Below are positions 35,965-46,065 of a DNA stretch of 64,000 nucleotides, one piece after another. The position numbers and the translations under genes were made by a program. The DNA comes from Trueperaceae bacterium. Lineage in GTDB: Bacteria > Deinococcota > Deinococci > Deinococcales > Trueperaceae. The notes under the pieces were generated by a model. It was not told the DNA's origin. It saw only the letters and a list, made by a program, of their open reading frames with translations, and searched no databases. How positions within the stretch are numbered: position 1 is the first letter of the stretch; every line of letters begins with the position of its first letter. The DNA lies in the NCBI GenBank assembly GCA_034520945.1, contig JAXHNB010000005.1, forward strand, positions 288,001 through 352,000. The letters run 5' to 3'.

Positions 35965-38646
35965 ATGTCCACCAGGCCCCGGCCGCGACCGTCCGTCCTC
36001 TTCGCGATCCTCGTCCTGCTCGCAGCCGCGCCGGTTCCCCTGGCCGGCGCTCGGGCCCAGGCGCCCGAGGTACGTGGCCCGCTGGTCGAGGTCCGTGTGG
36101 AGGGCACCGACGACTACGCCGACATCGTCCGCACGCTGATCAGCGCACGCGAGGGAACGCCGGCCGAACGCATCGACCTGGAGGCCGAACGAAACCGGGT
36201 GTTCGGCCTCGGTACCTTCGCGACCGTCAGCGTCGATCTGTTGGACGAGGATGCCGGGCCCGTGCTCCGCATCCGCGTCGAGGAGAACCCCGAGATCGGC
36301 GAGGTCGCGTTCCAGGGCGTGTCCAGCGTCGGCGCGGACCGGCTGCGGGGCGTGCTGGCCCGCGAGCACCTGCTGGAGGCGGGACGGATCTACAACGTCG
36401 GGCGTGCCGACGAGGCGACGCAGACGATCGCGGACGTGTACCGCGCGGAAGGGTTCCCGTTCAGGCCGCCGGTCGTGCTGGACACCGAAGCGGCGCCCGA
36501 GCTGGCCGAGCGGGGCGACGACCCCCCCGTCCGGCTGGTGTATCAGGTCGACGAGTCCGCCCCCTTGGACGAGGTCCGCTTCGGTTCCAGCGAGGTGTTC
36601 GAGGAGGACGAGCTGCGGAGCATCTTCGCCCGCGTGGCGGAGCAGGACGCCTTCGACCTGAGCATCTACCGCAATGCCGTCTCCGACCTCGGTGAGCGCT
36701 ACGAGGAGCTCGGCTACCGCCGCAGCGGCGTCGACCTCGAGGCGTCGTCGTTGCGCAACGGCGTGCTCGAGGTGCGGCTGCGCGAGCTTCGCATCGCGTC
36801 GATCGACACCACGCCGCTCGGCATCGACGCCAGTGAACTCAGCGTCGAGGAGGGCGATCTGTTCGATTACGACGTGCTGCTGGCGGACGTCCGGCGGCTG
36901 GCCGAGGGCCAGAGCGGGGACGTACGGCTGGTGCCGGCCGTGACCTCGTCGGGGATGGTGCGGGTCACCTTCGAGCTCGGCCCGCCCGACACGGCGGGCG
37001 AGATCCGCGAGGTCCGCATCGAAGGCAACACCGTGTTGAGCGACGAGGAGCTCATCGAACGCCTCACCCTCCGCGAGGGGGACACCTTCACCTCCACCCT
37101 GGCCGACGAGGACTTCGGGCGCATCGGCGAGGCGTACGCCGACGCGGGGTACGCCATCGCCAGCGAACCGTCCTACAACTGGCTGGACGGCGTCTACGTG
37201 CAGCGCGTCACCGAGTACCGCGTGGGCGCGTACGACCTGAACTGGACGGGCGACCGGCCCGCGGCCGAGTCGTTCGTGGTGCTTCGCGAGCTGCCCGAGC
37301 CCGGCTCGGTGCTGTCTCTGGACGAACTGGACGGTGGACTTAGGCGCCTGTTGCGCCAGGGTGCGGTCCGGCCGGTGGATCGCCGGATCCTGCCCAGCGA
37401 AGCGGGCCCCGACGACGAGGTCCTGGTCGAGGTCACGCTGGAGTCGGCGCAAACCGGGCTGTTCCAGCCGTCCGCGAACTACAGCACCGTGGCCGGTTTC
37501 TCCGCGTCGTTGAGCGTGAGCGAGCAGAACCTATGGGGTCGCGCCCACGCCGCCGAAGCGTCGGTGGACGCCCGCACCTCCGACATCGGGTTCCTGCTGG
37601 GCGGCAACGTGCGCTACCGGGTGCCGTGGGTGTACCTCGACGCCCTCGACTTCCGTGAGGTCCGCACCTCGGTGACAATGTCGCTGTACTCGAACATCGA
37701 CACCAACCAACCGCTATCGAGCGACGGCACCACGCGCCTCGAGTATCCCGGCTCAGCGGGGGGCGAGGCGAACGCGGTCTCCATCGGCGAGTACGCCAGG
37801 CGAGACACCGGCGTGTCGCTGAGTGCCGGCCGGCCGCTCACCGACACGCTGGACCTGCAGACCTCGGTGCGGGCCAGCCTGTCGGGCGCGACCCTCGAAC
37901 CCCCGCAGGCGTCGTGCCGCCTGGACGATGACGGCAACGTGGAGAATCCCGGGTCGTGCGCGTTTGCGGAGGAGGACGCCCGCGACTACCTGCCGATCGG
38001 AGGGGCGTCGGGGTTCCTCGGGGCGGACCTCGGCTACGACACGCGTGACAGCGCCGAGTTTCCCCGCGAGGGGCTGGCCGCCAGCGCGTCGGTGGGCGTC
38101 GGGATCGGCAACGACTTCTCGGTCGACGGTGAGCGGACCGCCTACCACTACGAGCCGGTGCAGTTCGGGGTCAAGAGCTACGTCACGCTGGCCAGCCTGT
38201 TCCCCGAAGAGATTCAGGACGACAACCACGTCTTCGCGGGACGCCTCAACGTCGGGCACCAGTTCGGCGGGGCCTACCCCGCCGCCAAGCGGTTTCGCTT
38301 GGGCGGCACCGTCCGGGAGGCCACGCGGGTACGTGGCTACCGCGACGGCGATTTCGACCTGTCGCGGACCTACGGCACCGCCTCGCTGGAGTACCGCTAC
38401 GACTTCGAGCTCAGCACCGTGGCGACGCAGACGCTGATCGGCATCGGCTTCGTCGATGCCGCCTGGGCCAGCGGCATGCCCGGCTTCCCCGAGTACGGCA
38501 CGCCGATCGTCGCCAGCGCCGGATTGGGGTTGCAGGTCAACCTCGGCTTCTCCGGCGTCGCGCTTCCGGCCTTGCGTTTCGACTACGGCTTCAGCGAGAC
38601 CCACCCGACGGGCGTGTTCGCGTTCCGCGTCGGCACGGTGTTCTGA
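35965..38646 (+). CDS. Omp85/BamA family outer-membrane protein with POTRA repeats
   Basis: Signal peptide, repeated POTRA motifs (IGEVAFQG, IREVRIEGN), NLWGRAH, VRGY loop, C-terminal FRVGTVF beta-signal. Confidence 0.9.
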   Translation: MSTRPRPRPSVLFAILVLLAAAPVPLAGARAQAPEVRGPLVEVRVEGTDDYADIVRTLISAREGTPAERIDLEAERNRVFGLGTFATVSVDLLDEDAGPVLRIRVEENPEIGEVAFQGVSSVGADRLRGVLAREHLLEAGRIYNVGRADEATQTIADVYRAEGFPFRPPVVLDTEAAPELAERGDDPPVRLVYQVDESAPLDEVRFGSSEVFEEDELRSIFARVAEQDAFDLSIYRNAVSDLGERYEELGYRRSGVDLEASSLRNGVLEVRLRELRIASIDTTPLGIDASELSVEEGDLFDYDVLLADVRRLAEGQSGDVRLVPAVTSSGMVRVTFELGPPDTAGEIREVRIEGNTVLSDEELIERLTLREGDTFTSTLADEDFGRIGEAYADAGYAIASEPSYNWLDGVYVQRVTEYRVGAYDLNWTGDRPAAESFVVLRELPEPGSVLSLDELDGGLRRLLRQGAVRPVDRRILPSEAGPDDEVLVEVTLESAQTGLFQPSANYSTVAGFSASLSVSEQNLWGRAHAAEASVDARTSDIGFLLGGNVRYRVPWVYLDALDFREVRTSVTMSLYSNIDTNQPLSSDGTTRLEYPGSAGGEANAVSIGEYARRDTGVSLSAGRPLTDTLDLQTSVRASLSGATLEPPQASCRLDDDGNVENPGSCAFAEEDARDYLPIGGASGFLGADLGYDTRDSAEFPREGLAASASVGVGIGNDFSVDGERTAYHYEPVQFGVKSYVTLASLFPEEIQDDNHVFAGRLNVGHQFGGAYPAAKRFRLGGTVREATRVRGYRDGDFDLSRTYGTASLEYRYDFELSTVATQTLIGIGFVDAAWASGMPGFPEYGTPIVASAGLGLQVNLGFSGVALPALRFDYGFSETHPTGVFAFRVGTVF

Positions 38647-38711
38647 GCTGAGCGAGGCCCAACGGCGGCACGGGGGAGGCGTGGCCGGGTCCGCACGCCG
38701 CCGCCCAACGT

Positions 38712-39797
38712 TCAGACGTTGAACAGGAAGTGCATCACGTCGCCGTCGTGCACGCGGTAGTTCTTGCCTTCGGTGCGCAGCTTTCCGCGGGCGCGCGCGG
38801 CGGCGATGCTGCCCGCGCGCACCAGTTCGTCCCATGCGATCGTCTCGGCGCGAATGAAGCCGCGCTGCATGTCGGTGTGGATCACGCCCGCCGCTTCGGG
38901 GGCGAGGGCGCCCTCGCGGACCGTCCAGGCACGCACCTCCTTCTCGCTGGCCGTGAGGAAGGTGACCAGTCCGAGCGCCCGGTAGCCGGTCTCGATCAGG
39001 CGTTCCAGACCGGAGCGCTCCACGCCGAGATCGTCCAAGAAGACGCGGGCCTCCTCGTCGTCCAGTTCGGCCAGCTCCTGCTCGATGCGGGCGCTGATCA
39101 CGACCACCTCGCTGCCTTCGGCGTCGGCGCGGGCGCGCACCTGGTCCACCATGGCGTTGCCGCGCGCGATATCGGCCTCGGCTACGTTGCAGACGTAGAT
39201 CACCGGCTTGGCCGTCAACAACTGCAGCTCGGCCGGCACCGCCACGCCGCTGGCGCGCGCCGGCGTCCCCTCCGCCAGGACGTCCAGGAGGCGATCGACG
39301 GCGGCCAGGGTCTTGGCGGCCTCCTCGTCGCCCTTGGCCGAGCGGCGCAGGCGTTCCTTGCGCTTCTCCAGCGTGGCGAGGTCGGCCAGGGCGAGCTCGG
39401 TGTCGATGGTGTCGATGTCCCCGCCCGGATCGACCCGGCCCGAGACGTGCACGACATCGGGATCCTCGAAGCAGCGCACCACGTGCGCGATGGCCGACAC
39501 CTCGCGGATGTTGGCGAGAAAGCGGTTGCCGAGCCCTTCGCCGCGCGACGCGCCGGCCACCAGGCCCGCGATGTCGACGAACTCGACGGTGGTCGGCACG
39601 ACCGGCGGCGTGACGCCGTTCTTGGCGTACAGGTCGCGCAAGGCCGGCAGGCGCGGATCGGGCACGGGCACGACGCCGACGTTCTTGTCGATGGTCGCGA
39701 ACGGGTAGTTGGCGGCCACGATCCCCGCGTTGGTGATGGCGTTGAACAGGGTGCTCTTGCCGACGTTCGGCAGCCCCACGATTCCGATTCCCAGCAT
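38712..39797 (-). CDS. ychF: Redox-regulated ATPase YchF
   Basis: GIVGLPNVGKSTLFNA, NYPFATI, DIAGLV, GFIRAE, EGKNY..DGDVMHF. Confidence 0.97.
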   Translation of the reverse strand: MLGIGIVGLPNVGKSTLFNAITNAGIVAANYPFATIDKNVGVVPVPDPRLPALRDLYAKNGVTPPVVPTTVEFVDIAGLVAGASRGEGLGNRFLANIREVSAIAHVVRCFEDPDVVHVSGRVDPGGDIDTIDTELALADLATLEKRKERLRRSAKGDEEAAKTLAAVDRLLDVLAEGTPARASGVAVPAELQLLTAKPVIYVCNVAEADIARGNAMVDQVRARADAEGSEVVVISARIEQELAELDDEEARVFLDDLGVERSGLERLIETGYRALGLVTFLTASEKEVRAWTVREGALAPEAAGVIHTDMQRGFIRAETIAWDELVRAGSIAAARARGKLRTEGKNYRVHDGDVMHFLFNV

Positions 39798-39914
39798 GCG
39801 CTCCTCCGGTGCCGTTCTGCGGGCCAGCAGGCGCCGCAGCGCGCCGGGCAGGATACACGAGCGGGGCCGCCGCGGCGTGCGGGGCGGACGGAGCGCCGTG
39901 CTATCCTCGCGCGC

Positions 39915-40937
39915 ATGGAATCGCCTGTCCACGCGCGTTCACGGGTCGGCCTGCTCGGGGTAGGCACCGTCGGAAGCGCGTTCGCCGAGCTGCTGGCCAC
40001 GCGCCCCGAGTTGACCCTGAGCGCCGCGTTGGTGCGGGATCCGGACAAGCCGCGTCGGCTGGCGCACCCCGACGACGTCCTCACCACCGATCCGGAGGCG
40101 GTGCTGTCCGGCGCCGACGTGGTGGTCGAGGCGATGGGGGGCACCGGCGCGGCCGTCGACCTGATGCTGGACGCATTGAATCGTGGCCTGCGGGTCGTCA
40201 CCGCCAACAAGGCGGCCCTGGCGGAGCGCTGGGAGGTGTTCGCGCCCTACCTGGGGGAGGGCCGGCTCTACTTCGAGTCCGCCGTCATGGCGGGCACGCC
40301 GGTGCTGGGCGCGGTGGCCGGGCCCCTCCGCGGCTCGGCGCCGCACGAGATTCACGCCGTGCTGAACGGCACCTGCGGGTTCATCCTGTCGCGTCTGGAG
40401 CAGGGCGTGTCGTACGACGAGGCCCTGGGCGAGGCGCAGCGGCTCGGGTACGCCGAGGCCGATCCCAGCCTGGACGTCGGCGGCATCGACGCGGCGCACA
40501 AGCTGGCGGTGCTGGCGCGCCTGGCGGTCGACCCCGAGCTTCCATGGTCGGCGGTGCGGGCGGAAACGCGCGGGATCGAGCGCCTCACGCCCAGCATCGT
40601 GCACGAGGCGATGGAGGATGGCGGCCGCGTGCAGCTGGTGGGCAGCATCGTGCCGGCCGGTGGCGGCTGGCGGGCGACCGTGCGCCCCGTCTACCTCCCG
40701 ACGGGGCACCCGCTCGGGGCGGCGGAAGAGGCGCGTGCCACGCTGGTGTACCGCGGCGTCGGTGGCGAGCTCGTGTTCACCGGTCCGGGCGCGGGGGGGA
40801 CCGAGACGGCCGCGGCGGTGCTCGGCGACGTGCTGAGTGCGGTGGCGGGCCGGCCGGGCCCCCCACCGCTGCCGCGCGCCGTGCGGCCGCCTGCGAAGGC
40901 CCCGCGCGAGGATCTGGGCGAGCTCGAACCGGCGTGA
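39915..40937 (+). CDS. hom: Homoserine dehydrogenase (short form, no ACT domain)
   Basis: GLLGVGTVG, VVTANKA, LNGTCG, GYAEADPSLDVGGIDAAHK, GPGAGG. Confidence 0.92.
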   Translation: MESPVHARSRVGLLGVGTVGSAFAELLATRPELTLSAALVRDPDKPRRLAHPDDVLTTDPEAVLSGADVVVEAMGGTGAAVDLMLDALNRGLRVVTANKAALAERWEVFAPYLGEGRLYFESAVMAGTPVLGAVAGPLRGSAPHEIHAVLNGTCGFILSRLEQGVSYDEALGEAQRLGYAEADPSLDVGGIDAAHKLAVLARLAVDPELPWSAVRAETRGIERLTPSIVHEAMEDGGRVQLVGSIVPAGGGWRATVRPVYLPTGHPLGAAEEARATLVYRGVGGELVFTGPGAGGTETAAAVLGDVLSAVAGRPGPPPLPRAVRPPAKAPREDLGELEPA

Positions 40938-42280
40938 GCGACACCGTCCCCCCGCCGCCCCCGGGGGAGCCGGGCGCCGTGCGCGTGCGAAGCACGCGCG
41001 CCCCGCACGCGCCGGGGTACGCCCTGGACGACGCCGTCCTGCAGGGGCTGGCGCCGGACGGGGGTCTGTTCGTGCCCGAGCGCATCCCGCCCCTGCCCAC
41101 GGGCTGGCGCGATGCCCACACCCCGGCCGAGCTCCTTGCGCGCGTGCTGGCCCCCTGGTGGGGTGAGGAGGTGGACGACGTCGCCTCCTGGATGACCGAC
41201 GCCCTCGACTTCCCGCTGCCGCTACGCCCGCTGTCGGACGAGCGTTGGCTGCTGGAGTTGTTCCATGGGCCGACCGCGTCGTTCAAGGACGTCGGCGCGC
41301 GCGTCCTGGCCCGGCTGGTGGCACGTACGCTGACGCGGCGCGGCGCCCGCGCGACGGTGCTCGTCGCCACCAGCGGCGACACGGGCAGCGCCGTGGCCGA
41401 CGGGTTCGCCGGCATGCCCGGCGTGCGCGTGGTCCTGCTGTACCCGCGGGGCAAGGTGAGCGACATCCAGGAACGCCAACTGATCAAAGCGCGGCCGGGC
41501 GTGCGGACGTTCGCCGTCGAGGGCGACTTCGACGACACGCAGCGGCTCGTCAAGCAGGCGTTCCGAGATCCGGCGCTGGCCCCCCTGAACCTGACGAGCG
41601 CCAATTCGATCAACGTGGGCCGCCTGTTGCCGCAGATGGCGTACTACCTGTGGGGCGCGCGCACGCTCGGGCGCGAGCATGGCGTGGAGGCGCCGCCGTG
41701 GTTCGTGGTGCCGTCGGGCAACCTCGGCAACCTCACCGCGGGCATGCTGGCGGGCCGCGCCGGGCTCGAGGTCGGCGGCTGGTTGGCCGCGCTGAACGCC
41801 AACGACTACCTGGCGTCCTACCTGGCGGGCCGCCGGGCCGCCTACGCGTTCCCGCCCACCGTGGCCACCCCGTCCAACGCCATGGACGTCGGCGCGCCCA
41901 GCAACTTCGAGCGCTTGGACGCCCTGTTCGGCGCCGAGCTGCCGAGTCTGCTGCAGGCCGAGTCGGTGTCGGACGAGGCGACGCACGCGCGCATGCGTCG
42001 CACCGCCGAGGAGGACGGCGTGGGGGTCTGTCCGCACACGGCGGTCGCCCTGGAAGCGCTGGCGCGGGCCCGCGCGGAGGGGCGCGCCGAGGGGCCCGCC
42101 ATCGTGCTGGCGACCGCGCACCCCGCCAAGTTCCCGGACGCCGTGCGGCGCGCCACCGGGGGGCCGCCGCCGCGCTCCGTGGCGCTGGAGGCGTTGCAGG
42201 AGGGGCCGGTCCAGGTCGAACCGCTGGCCGCGACCGACGTGGCGCTCCGCGAGGCGCTCCTGGCCGGCCGCTCCGCCTGA
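40934..42280 (+). CDS. thrC: Threonine synthase
   Basis: GLAPDGGLFVP, ELFHGPTASFKD, ATSGDTG, SANSIN.GRL, PSGN.GN, ATAHPAKF. Confidence 0.95.
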   Translation: MSDTVPPPPPGEPGAVRVRSTRAPHAPGYALDDAVLQGLAPDGGLFVPERIPPLPTGWRDAHTPAELLARVLAPWWGEEVDDVASWMTDALDFPLPLRPLSDERWLLELFHGPTASFKDVGARVLARLVARTLTRRGARATVLVATSGDTGSAVADGFAGMPGVRVVLLYPRGKVSDIQERQLIKARPGVRTFAVEGDFDDTQRLVKQAFRDPALAPLNLTSANSINVGRLLPQMAYYLWGARTLGREHGVEAPPWFVVPSGNLGNLTAGMLAGRAGLEVGGWLAALNANDYLASYLAGRRAAYAFPPTVATPSNAMDVGAPSNFERLDALFGAELPSLLQAESVSDEATHARMRRTAEEDGVGVCPHTAVALEALARARAEGRAEGPAIVLATAHPAKFPDAVRRATGGPPPRSVALEALQEGPVQVEPLAATDVALREALLAGRSA

Positions 42281-42286
42281 GCCGAC

Positions 42287-43144
42287 TCAGGCCTGCGTGG
42301 CGTACGGTCCTTCGGGGTCCTCCCCCAGGTGCATCACCCGCGTTTCGCGCATCAGCTTGACGAGGTGCGCCAGCACCGATGCCCGCAGCAGCGGCGTGCT
42401 GGACTTCGGCAGCCGCGGGTACACCACGTCGACCAGGTCGTTCAACATGCGGGGCCGGTCCAGGGCCTCCAGGACGTCCCGCTCCCGGGCGATCCGGTGC
42501 GCCCGCGCACGCTCGAGCGCCGCCTCGGGCGGGCCCGGGTCGGTGCCGTGCGCCGGCGCCAACCAGGCCGGCCGGAGGGCCCGCACGCGGTCCAGACTGC
42601 TCAGGTACGCCGCCACGTCGCCGTCCGGCAGCCCGACCCAGCTGGCGCCCTGCGCGGTGAGCAGGTCGCCGCACAGCACCCCGTTCACATCGTCCAGGTG
42701 GAACGCCAGGTGCCCAGGCGCGTGGCCGGGCGTGGGGACCGCGCGGACCACGCGGCCCCCGACCATCAGGCTGCGCTCGCCGGCCAGCGGAACGACGGTG
42801 TCGGCGTTCGGCACGTGCGCCGCTTCGGCCGCACCGACGTAGACCGGCCGCGGACCGATGCGCTCGAACAGCGCCGGCAGGCCCGCCACGTGGTCCTGGT
42901 GGGTGTGCGTCAACACCACGGCCTTGAGGTCGCGCACCCCGGCGCGCCCCATCAGCGTCTCGATCTGCGCGGCATCTTCGGGATCGCGGAAGCCCGGATC
43001 GACCAGCACCCCTTGGTCCGCGCCCACCACCAGGTAGAGATCCGTGGTCCGGTAGGGGGGAAGGGTGTCGCTCGGGAGCGACAGCCGCCACACGCCGTCG
43101 GCGAGTCGTTCCGGGTCGCCCGTCGCGGCCGCGCGCTGCGTCAC
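42287..43144 (-). CDS. MBL-fold metallo-hydrolase with C-terminal winged helix (LACTB2-like)
   Basis: LTHTHQDHVAG, TPGHAPGH, GD, PAHG, SVLAHLVKL. Confidence 0.88.
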   Translation of the reverse strand: MTQRAAATGDPERLADGVWRLSLPSDTLPPYRTTDLYLVVGADQGVLVDPGFRDPEDAAQIETLMGRAGVRDLKAVVLTHTHQDHVAGLPALFERIGPRPVYVGAAEAAHVPNADTVVPLAGERSLMVGGRVVRAVPTPGHAPGHLAFHLDDVNGVLCGDLLTAQGASWVGLPDGDVAAYLSSLDRVRALRPAWLAPAHGTDPGPPEAALERARAHRIARERDVLEALDRPRMLNDLVDVVYPRLPKSSTPLLRASVLAHLVKLMRETRVMHLGEDPEGPYATQA

Positions 43145-44163
43145 GGCCCCTCGACGAGAAGCGAACGGGCGGCCTTCATGGCGGCCTCCGCGTCGACCTC
43201 GACGTCGGGCACGACCCCTTCGCCTTCCCAGGTCGGCCCGCCGAGGGGAGCCAGCACGCCGGTGGCCAACCACACCTGCGAGCCGTCCCGCAGGCAGAAC
43301 GGGAGGACCGCCTCGACGTTGCCGGCGGTGCGCTCGCCGACGATCCGGGCACGGCCCGAGGCCTGCAGCGCCCCGGCCAGCCCCTCCGCGGCGCTGTGCA
43401 CGTCTTCGTCGACCAGCACCACCAAGGGAAGGTCGGTCGCGGTCGCGCCGAGGGCCGGGTACGGCATCGGCAGCGTCCACCGCGTCACCACGCGCCACAA
43501 CAACCCGTCCGTGAACACGCCGGCGGTACGCATCATCTCGACCAGGCGACCGCCCGGGTTGCCGCGCAGGTCCAACGCCAACCCTTCGGCCCCCTGCCGG
43601 GTCAGCGTGATGGCGGCCTCGCGCACGTCGGCGGCGGCGCCGGTTCGGGCCAGGTCGACCACGCGAATCACGCCCAGCGTTCCGTCCAGACGCCAACTGA
43701 CGGGGCCGTCACCCGTGTCGGGCGGAGACGGGTCGGGCGCCTGGACGTGCGAGAACACGCCGATGCACGGCAAATCGCCGTACGCCTCGCGGGTCCGTTC
43801 CACCTCGCGGGGCGACACGTACCGCGAGTGGTCGTCGTCGAGGCGGCCGACCATTTCCCTCAACACCTCGTGGAACGCTGCCTCGTCCTCGGCGGCCAGG
43901 GCGCGCCGGCGAAACGGCGCCTGCAAGGCCGCCCAGTCCACGTCGGCGCGCGTGAGGTCCCAGTAGCGCGTCCGGATCAGGTCGTACACGGTGTCGAAGC
44001 GCTGGGCGGCGTCCGCCACGGGCGCGGCGCCTCCGGCCGCCCGGGCCTGCATCGCTGCCGCCCCGACCGCCACGCCGATCACGAGAGCCAGCACCCGAGC
44101 GGTCCGGTGCCAGGCGGCCGGCCGGCGCGGGATCGTCGCGGCTCCCAGACCCGCCGTCCTCAT
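43141..44163 (-). CDS. S41 family peptidase, secreted, apparently lacking the PDZ domain
   Basis: LDDDHSRY, LDLRGNPGG, VLVD..HSAAE, IVGERTAG, EGEGVVPD. Confidence 0.85.
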   Translation of the reverse strand: MRTAGLGAATIPRRPAAWHRTARVLALVIGVAVGAAAMQARAAGGAAPVADAAQRFDTVYDLIRTRYWDLTRADVDWAALQAPFRRRALAAEDEAAFHEVLREMVGRLDDDHSRYVSPREVERTREAYGDLPCIGVFSHVQAPDPSPPDTGDGPVSWRLDGTLGVIRVVDLARTGAAADVREAAITLTRQGAEGLALDLRGNPGGRLVEMMRTAGVFTDGLLWRVVTRWTLPMPYPALGATATDLPLVVLVDEDVHSAAEGLAGALQASGRARIVGERTAGNVEAVLPFCLRDGSQVWLATGVLAPLGGPTWEGEGVVPDVEVDAEAAMKAARSLLVEGP

Positions 44164-45104
44164 GAGCGCACGCGCGACAGGGCGCGGGTCTCCCGCGTCA
44201 GCGTCTCGGCGTCCACCACCCGGTGCTGCGCCCCGATCTCCGTGGTGTTCAGCGCCCCCGCGACGTTGCCGGTGCGGGCCGCCTCGATCAGGTCGGCGCC
44301 GCCCATGATGGCGTGCGCGAACGCCGCGGTGTAGTAATCGCCCGCGCCGGTGGTGTCCACCACCCCGTCGATGTCGTACGGATCGACCAGTTCGGATCGT
44401 TCCGGCGTGATCACGATCGAGCCCATCTCGCCGACCTTGACCACCAGCCGGTCGATCCCGTGCGTAGCCAGCCCGCCGACGGCGTCGGAGATGGTCTCCT
44501 GCCCCGTGAGGGCGAACAACTCCTTCTCGTTCATCAGCAGGTAGTCCACCTTGCGGACCAGACCGATCAGGCGGCCCCGCAACGCGTTCACGGCGCCCGT
44601 GCCCATGTCCACGAAGGTGGTCGCGCCCCGCCCCCGCGCCAACTCCAGCGCCTTGACGGCGTAGTCGCGTTGGGGGCCGTCGACCAGGCTGTACGCGCTC
44701 ATCACCAGGGCGTCCACCCCCTCGAACGCCTTCGCCGTGAGGGCGCTGGCGTCCAGGTGCCGACTGGCGCCCAGGGCGCTGATCATGGTGCGTTGGGTGT
44801 CGGGCGTGACGAGGATGGTGACGCTGGACGTCTGGCGCGCCTCGTCGATCTGCATCAGGTCCTGCGACACGCCCGCCGCGAGTACGTGGCGGAGGGCCAA
44901 CTCGGAGAACGGGCCGGTGCCGACCCGCGTCGCGATGCGGGTGCGGTGCCCCAGCCGGGCCAGCGCCGTCGCCATGGTCCCGCCTGCGCCGCCCGGCTCC
45001 ATCACGGCGCGCGTCGCGGTCACCTCGCCGCCCGGCTCCGGTACCGTCTCCACGAAATACATCTGGTCGACGGTCGCGTCGCCGACGATGACGAATTCAG
45101 CCAT
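44160..45104 (-). CDS. PfkB family carbohydrate/nucleoside kinase
   Basis: GGAGGTMATALARLG, MNEKE, VKVGEMG, DTTGAGD. Confidence 0.92.
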   Translation of the reverse strand: MAEFVIVGDATVDQMYFVETVPEPGGEVTATRAVMEPGGAGGTMATALARLGHRTRIATRVGTGPFSELALRHVLAAGVSQDLMQIDEARQTSSVTILVTPDTQRTMISALGASRHLDASALTAKAFEGVDALVMSAYSLVDGPQRDYAVKALELARGRGATTFVDMGTGAVNALRGRLIGLVRKVDYLLMNEKELFALTGQETISDAVGGLATHGIDRLVVKVGEMGSIVITPERSELVDPYDIDGVVDTTGAGDYYTAAFAHAIMGGADLIEAARTGNVAGALNTTEIGAQHRVVDAETLTRETRALSRVRS

Positions 45105-45183
45105 CCAACCCTCGTCCGGACGTCGGGGTCCGGTCCCCACGTTTGCGTCGCCCCGGAGTATACCGGACCGCCCCCACGCGTGG

Positions 45184-46065
45184 CTACGCTTCCGCGTCGT
45201 CCCCTTGGAACGCCCGCAGCAGGCGCCGCCAGGTGGCGAGCTCCAGTGCCTCCGCCCGCACCGCGGCGGGCAGGCCCACGCGCTCCAGCGTCTCGGCGAC
45301 GGCGGACCACCCCGCGGCCCGAAGGTTGTTGCGCAACGTCTTGCGGCGGTGGCGAAACCCGTCGCGAATCAACGCGAACGTCTCCGGGTCGGGCGCGACG
45401 TCCGGACGCACGTCCAGGCGGACGACGGCGCTGGTGACGTTCGGTGGCGGCAAGAAACACCCGGGAGACACGGTCCGGACGATGCGGGCGTCGGCGTAGT
45501 GTCGGCAGATCAAGCTGAACGCCCCGAAGCCCGGTTCGCCCGGTGCTGCCGTGATCCGCTCGGCGACCTCCCGCTGGACGAGCACCGCCATGCGCCGGTA
45601 GCGCCCCGACGCCAGCGCCTCCTGCAGCAGCGCCGTGGCCACGCCGTAGGGAAGGTTCGACACCAACAGGCTGCCTTCCGGCATCGTGGCATGGTCGAAG
45701 CGCATCGCGTCCCCCTGCACCACCTCGACGTTGGCGTGGGCGTCGGTCGTCTCGCGAAGGGCAGGCAGCAGCCTGCCGTCCAGCTCGACGGCCAGCACCC
45801 GCGCCACCCGCACGGCCAACGCGCCCGTCAGCGTGCCCAGCCCCGGCCCCACTTCGAGCACCGTGGCCTCGCGGGGCGGGTCGGCCGCCTCCACCACCGC
45901 GGCCAGCGCCCGGCGGTCGATCAGGAAGTTCTGCCCCAGCGCGCGGTCCGGCGTGAGTCCATGACGCGCCAGCAGGGAACGCACCTCGCGGCCCGACCCC
46001 AGATCCGGCGTCGCCCCTCGGGGGCCATGCCCCGAGGGGCCGGCCGCTTCGGCGGCGCGGTTCAC
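45184..46065 (-). CDS. rsmA: 16S rRNA adenine dimethyltransferase RsmA/KsgA
   Basis: GQNFL, EVGPGLG, NLPY, QREVAER, PPPNVTS, RRKTLRN, RAEAL. Confidence 0.95.
   Translation of the reverse strand: MNRAAEAAGPSGHGPRGATPDLGSGREVRSLLARHGLTPDRALGQNFLIDRRALAAVVEAADPPREATVLEVGPGLGTLTGALAVRVARVLAVELDGRLLPALRETTDAHANVEVVQGDAMRFDHATMPEGSLLVSNLPYGVATALLQEALASGRYRRMAVLVQREVAERITAAPGEPGFGAFSLICRHYADARIVRTVSPGCFLPPPNVTSAVVRLDVRPDVAPDPETFALIRDGFRHRRKTLRNNLRAAGWSAVAETLERVGLPAAVRAEALELATWRRLLRAFQGDDAEA

Noticed and set aside
38730..42280. Apparent long ORFs of 735 and 823 aa around hom and thrC (also the 755-aa RodZ, 1107-aa Omp85 and 705-aa CarD ORFs)
   Set aside because: These are upstream stop-free extensions overlapping other genes. 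True starts are internal, supported by -10 or RBS signals and homology onset.
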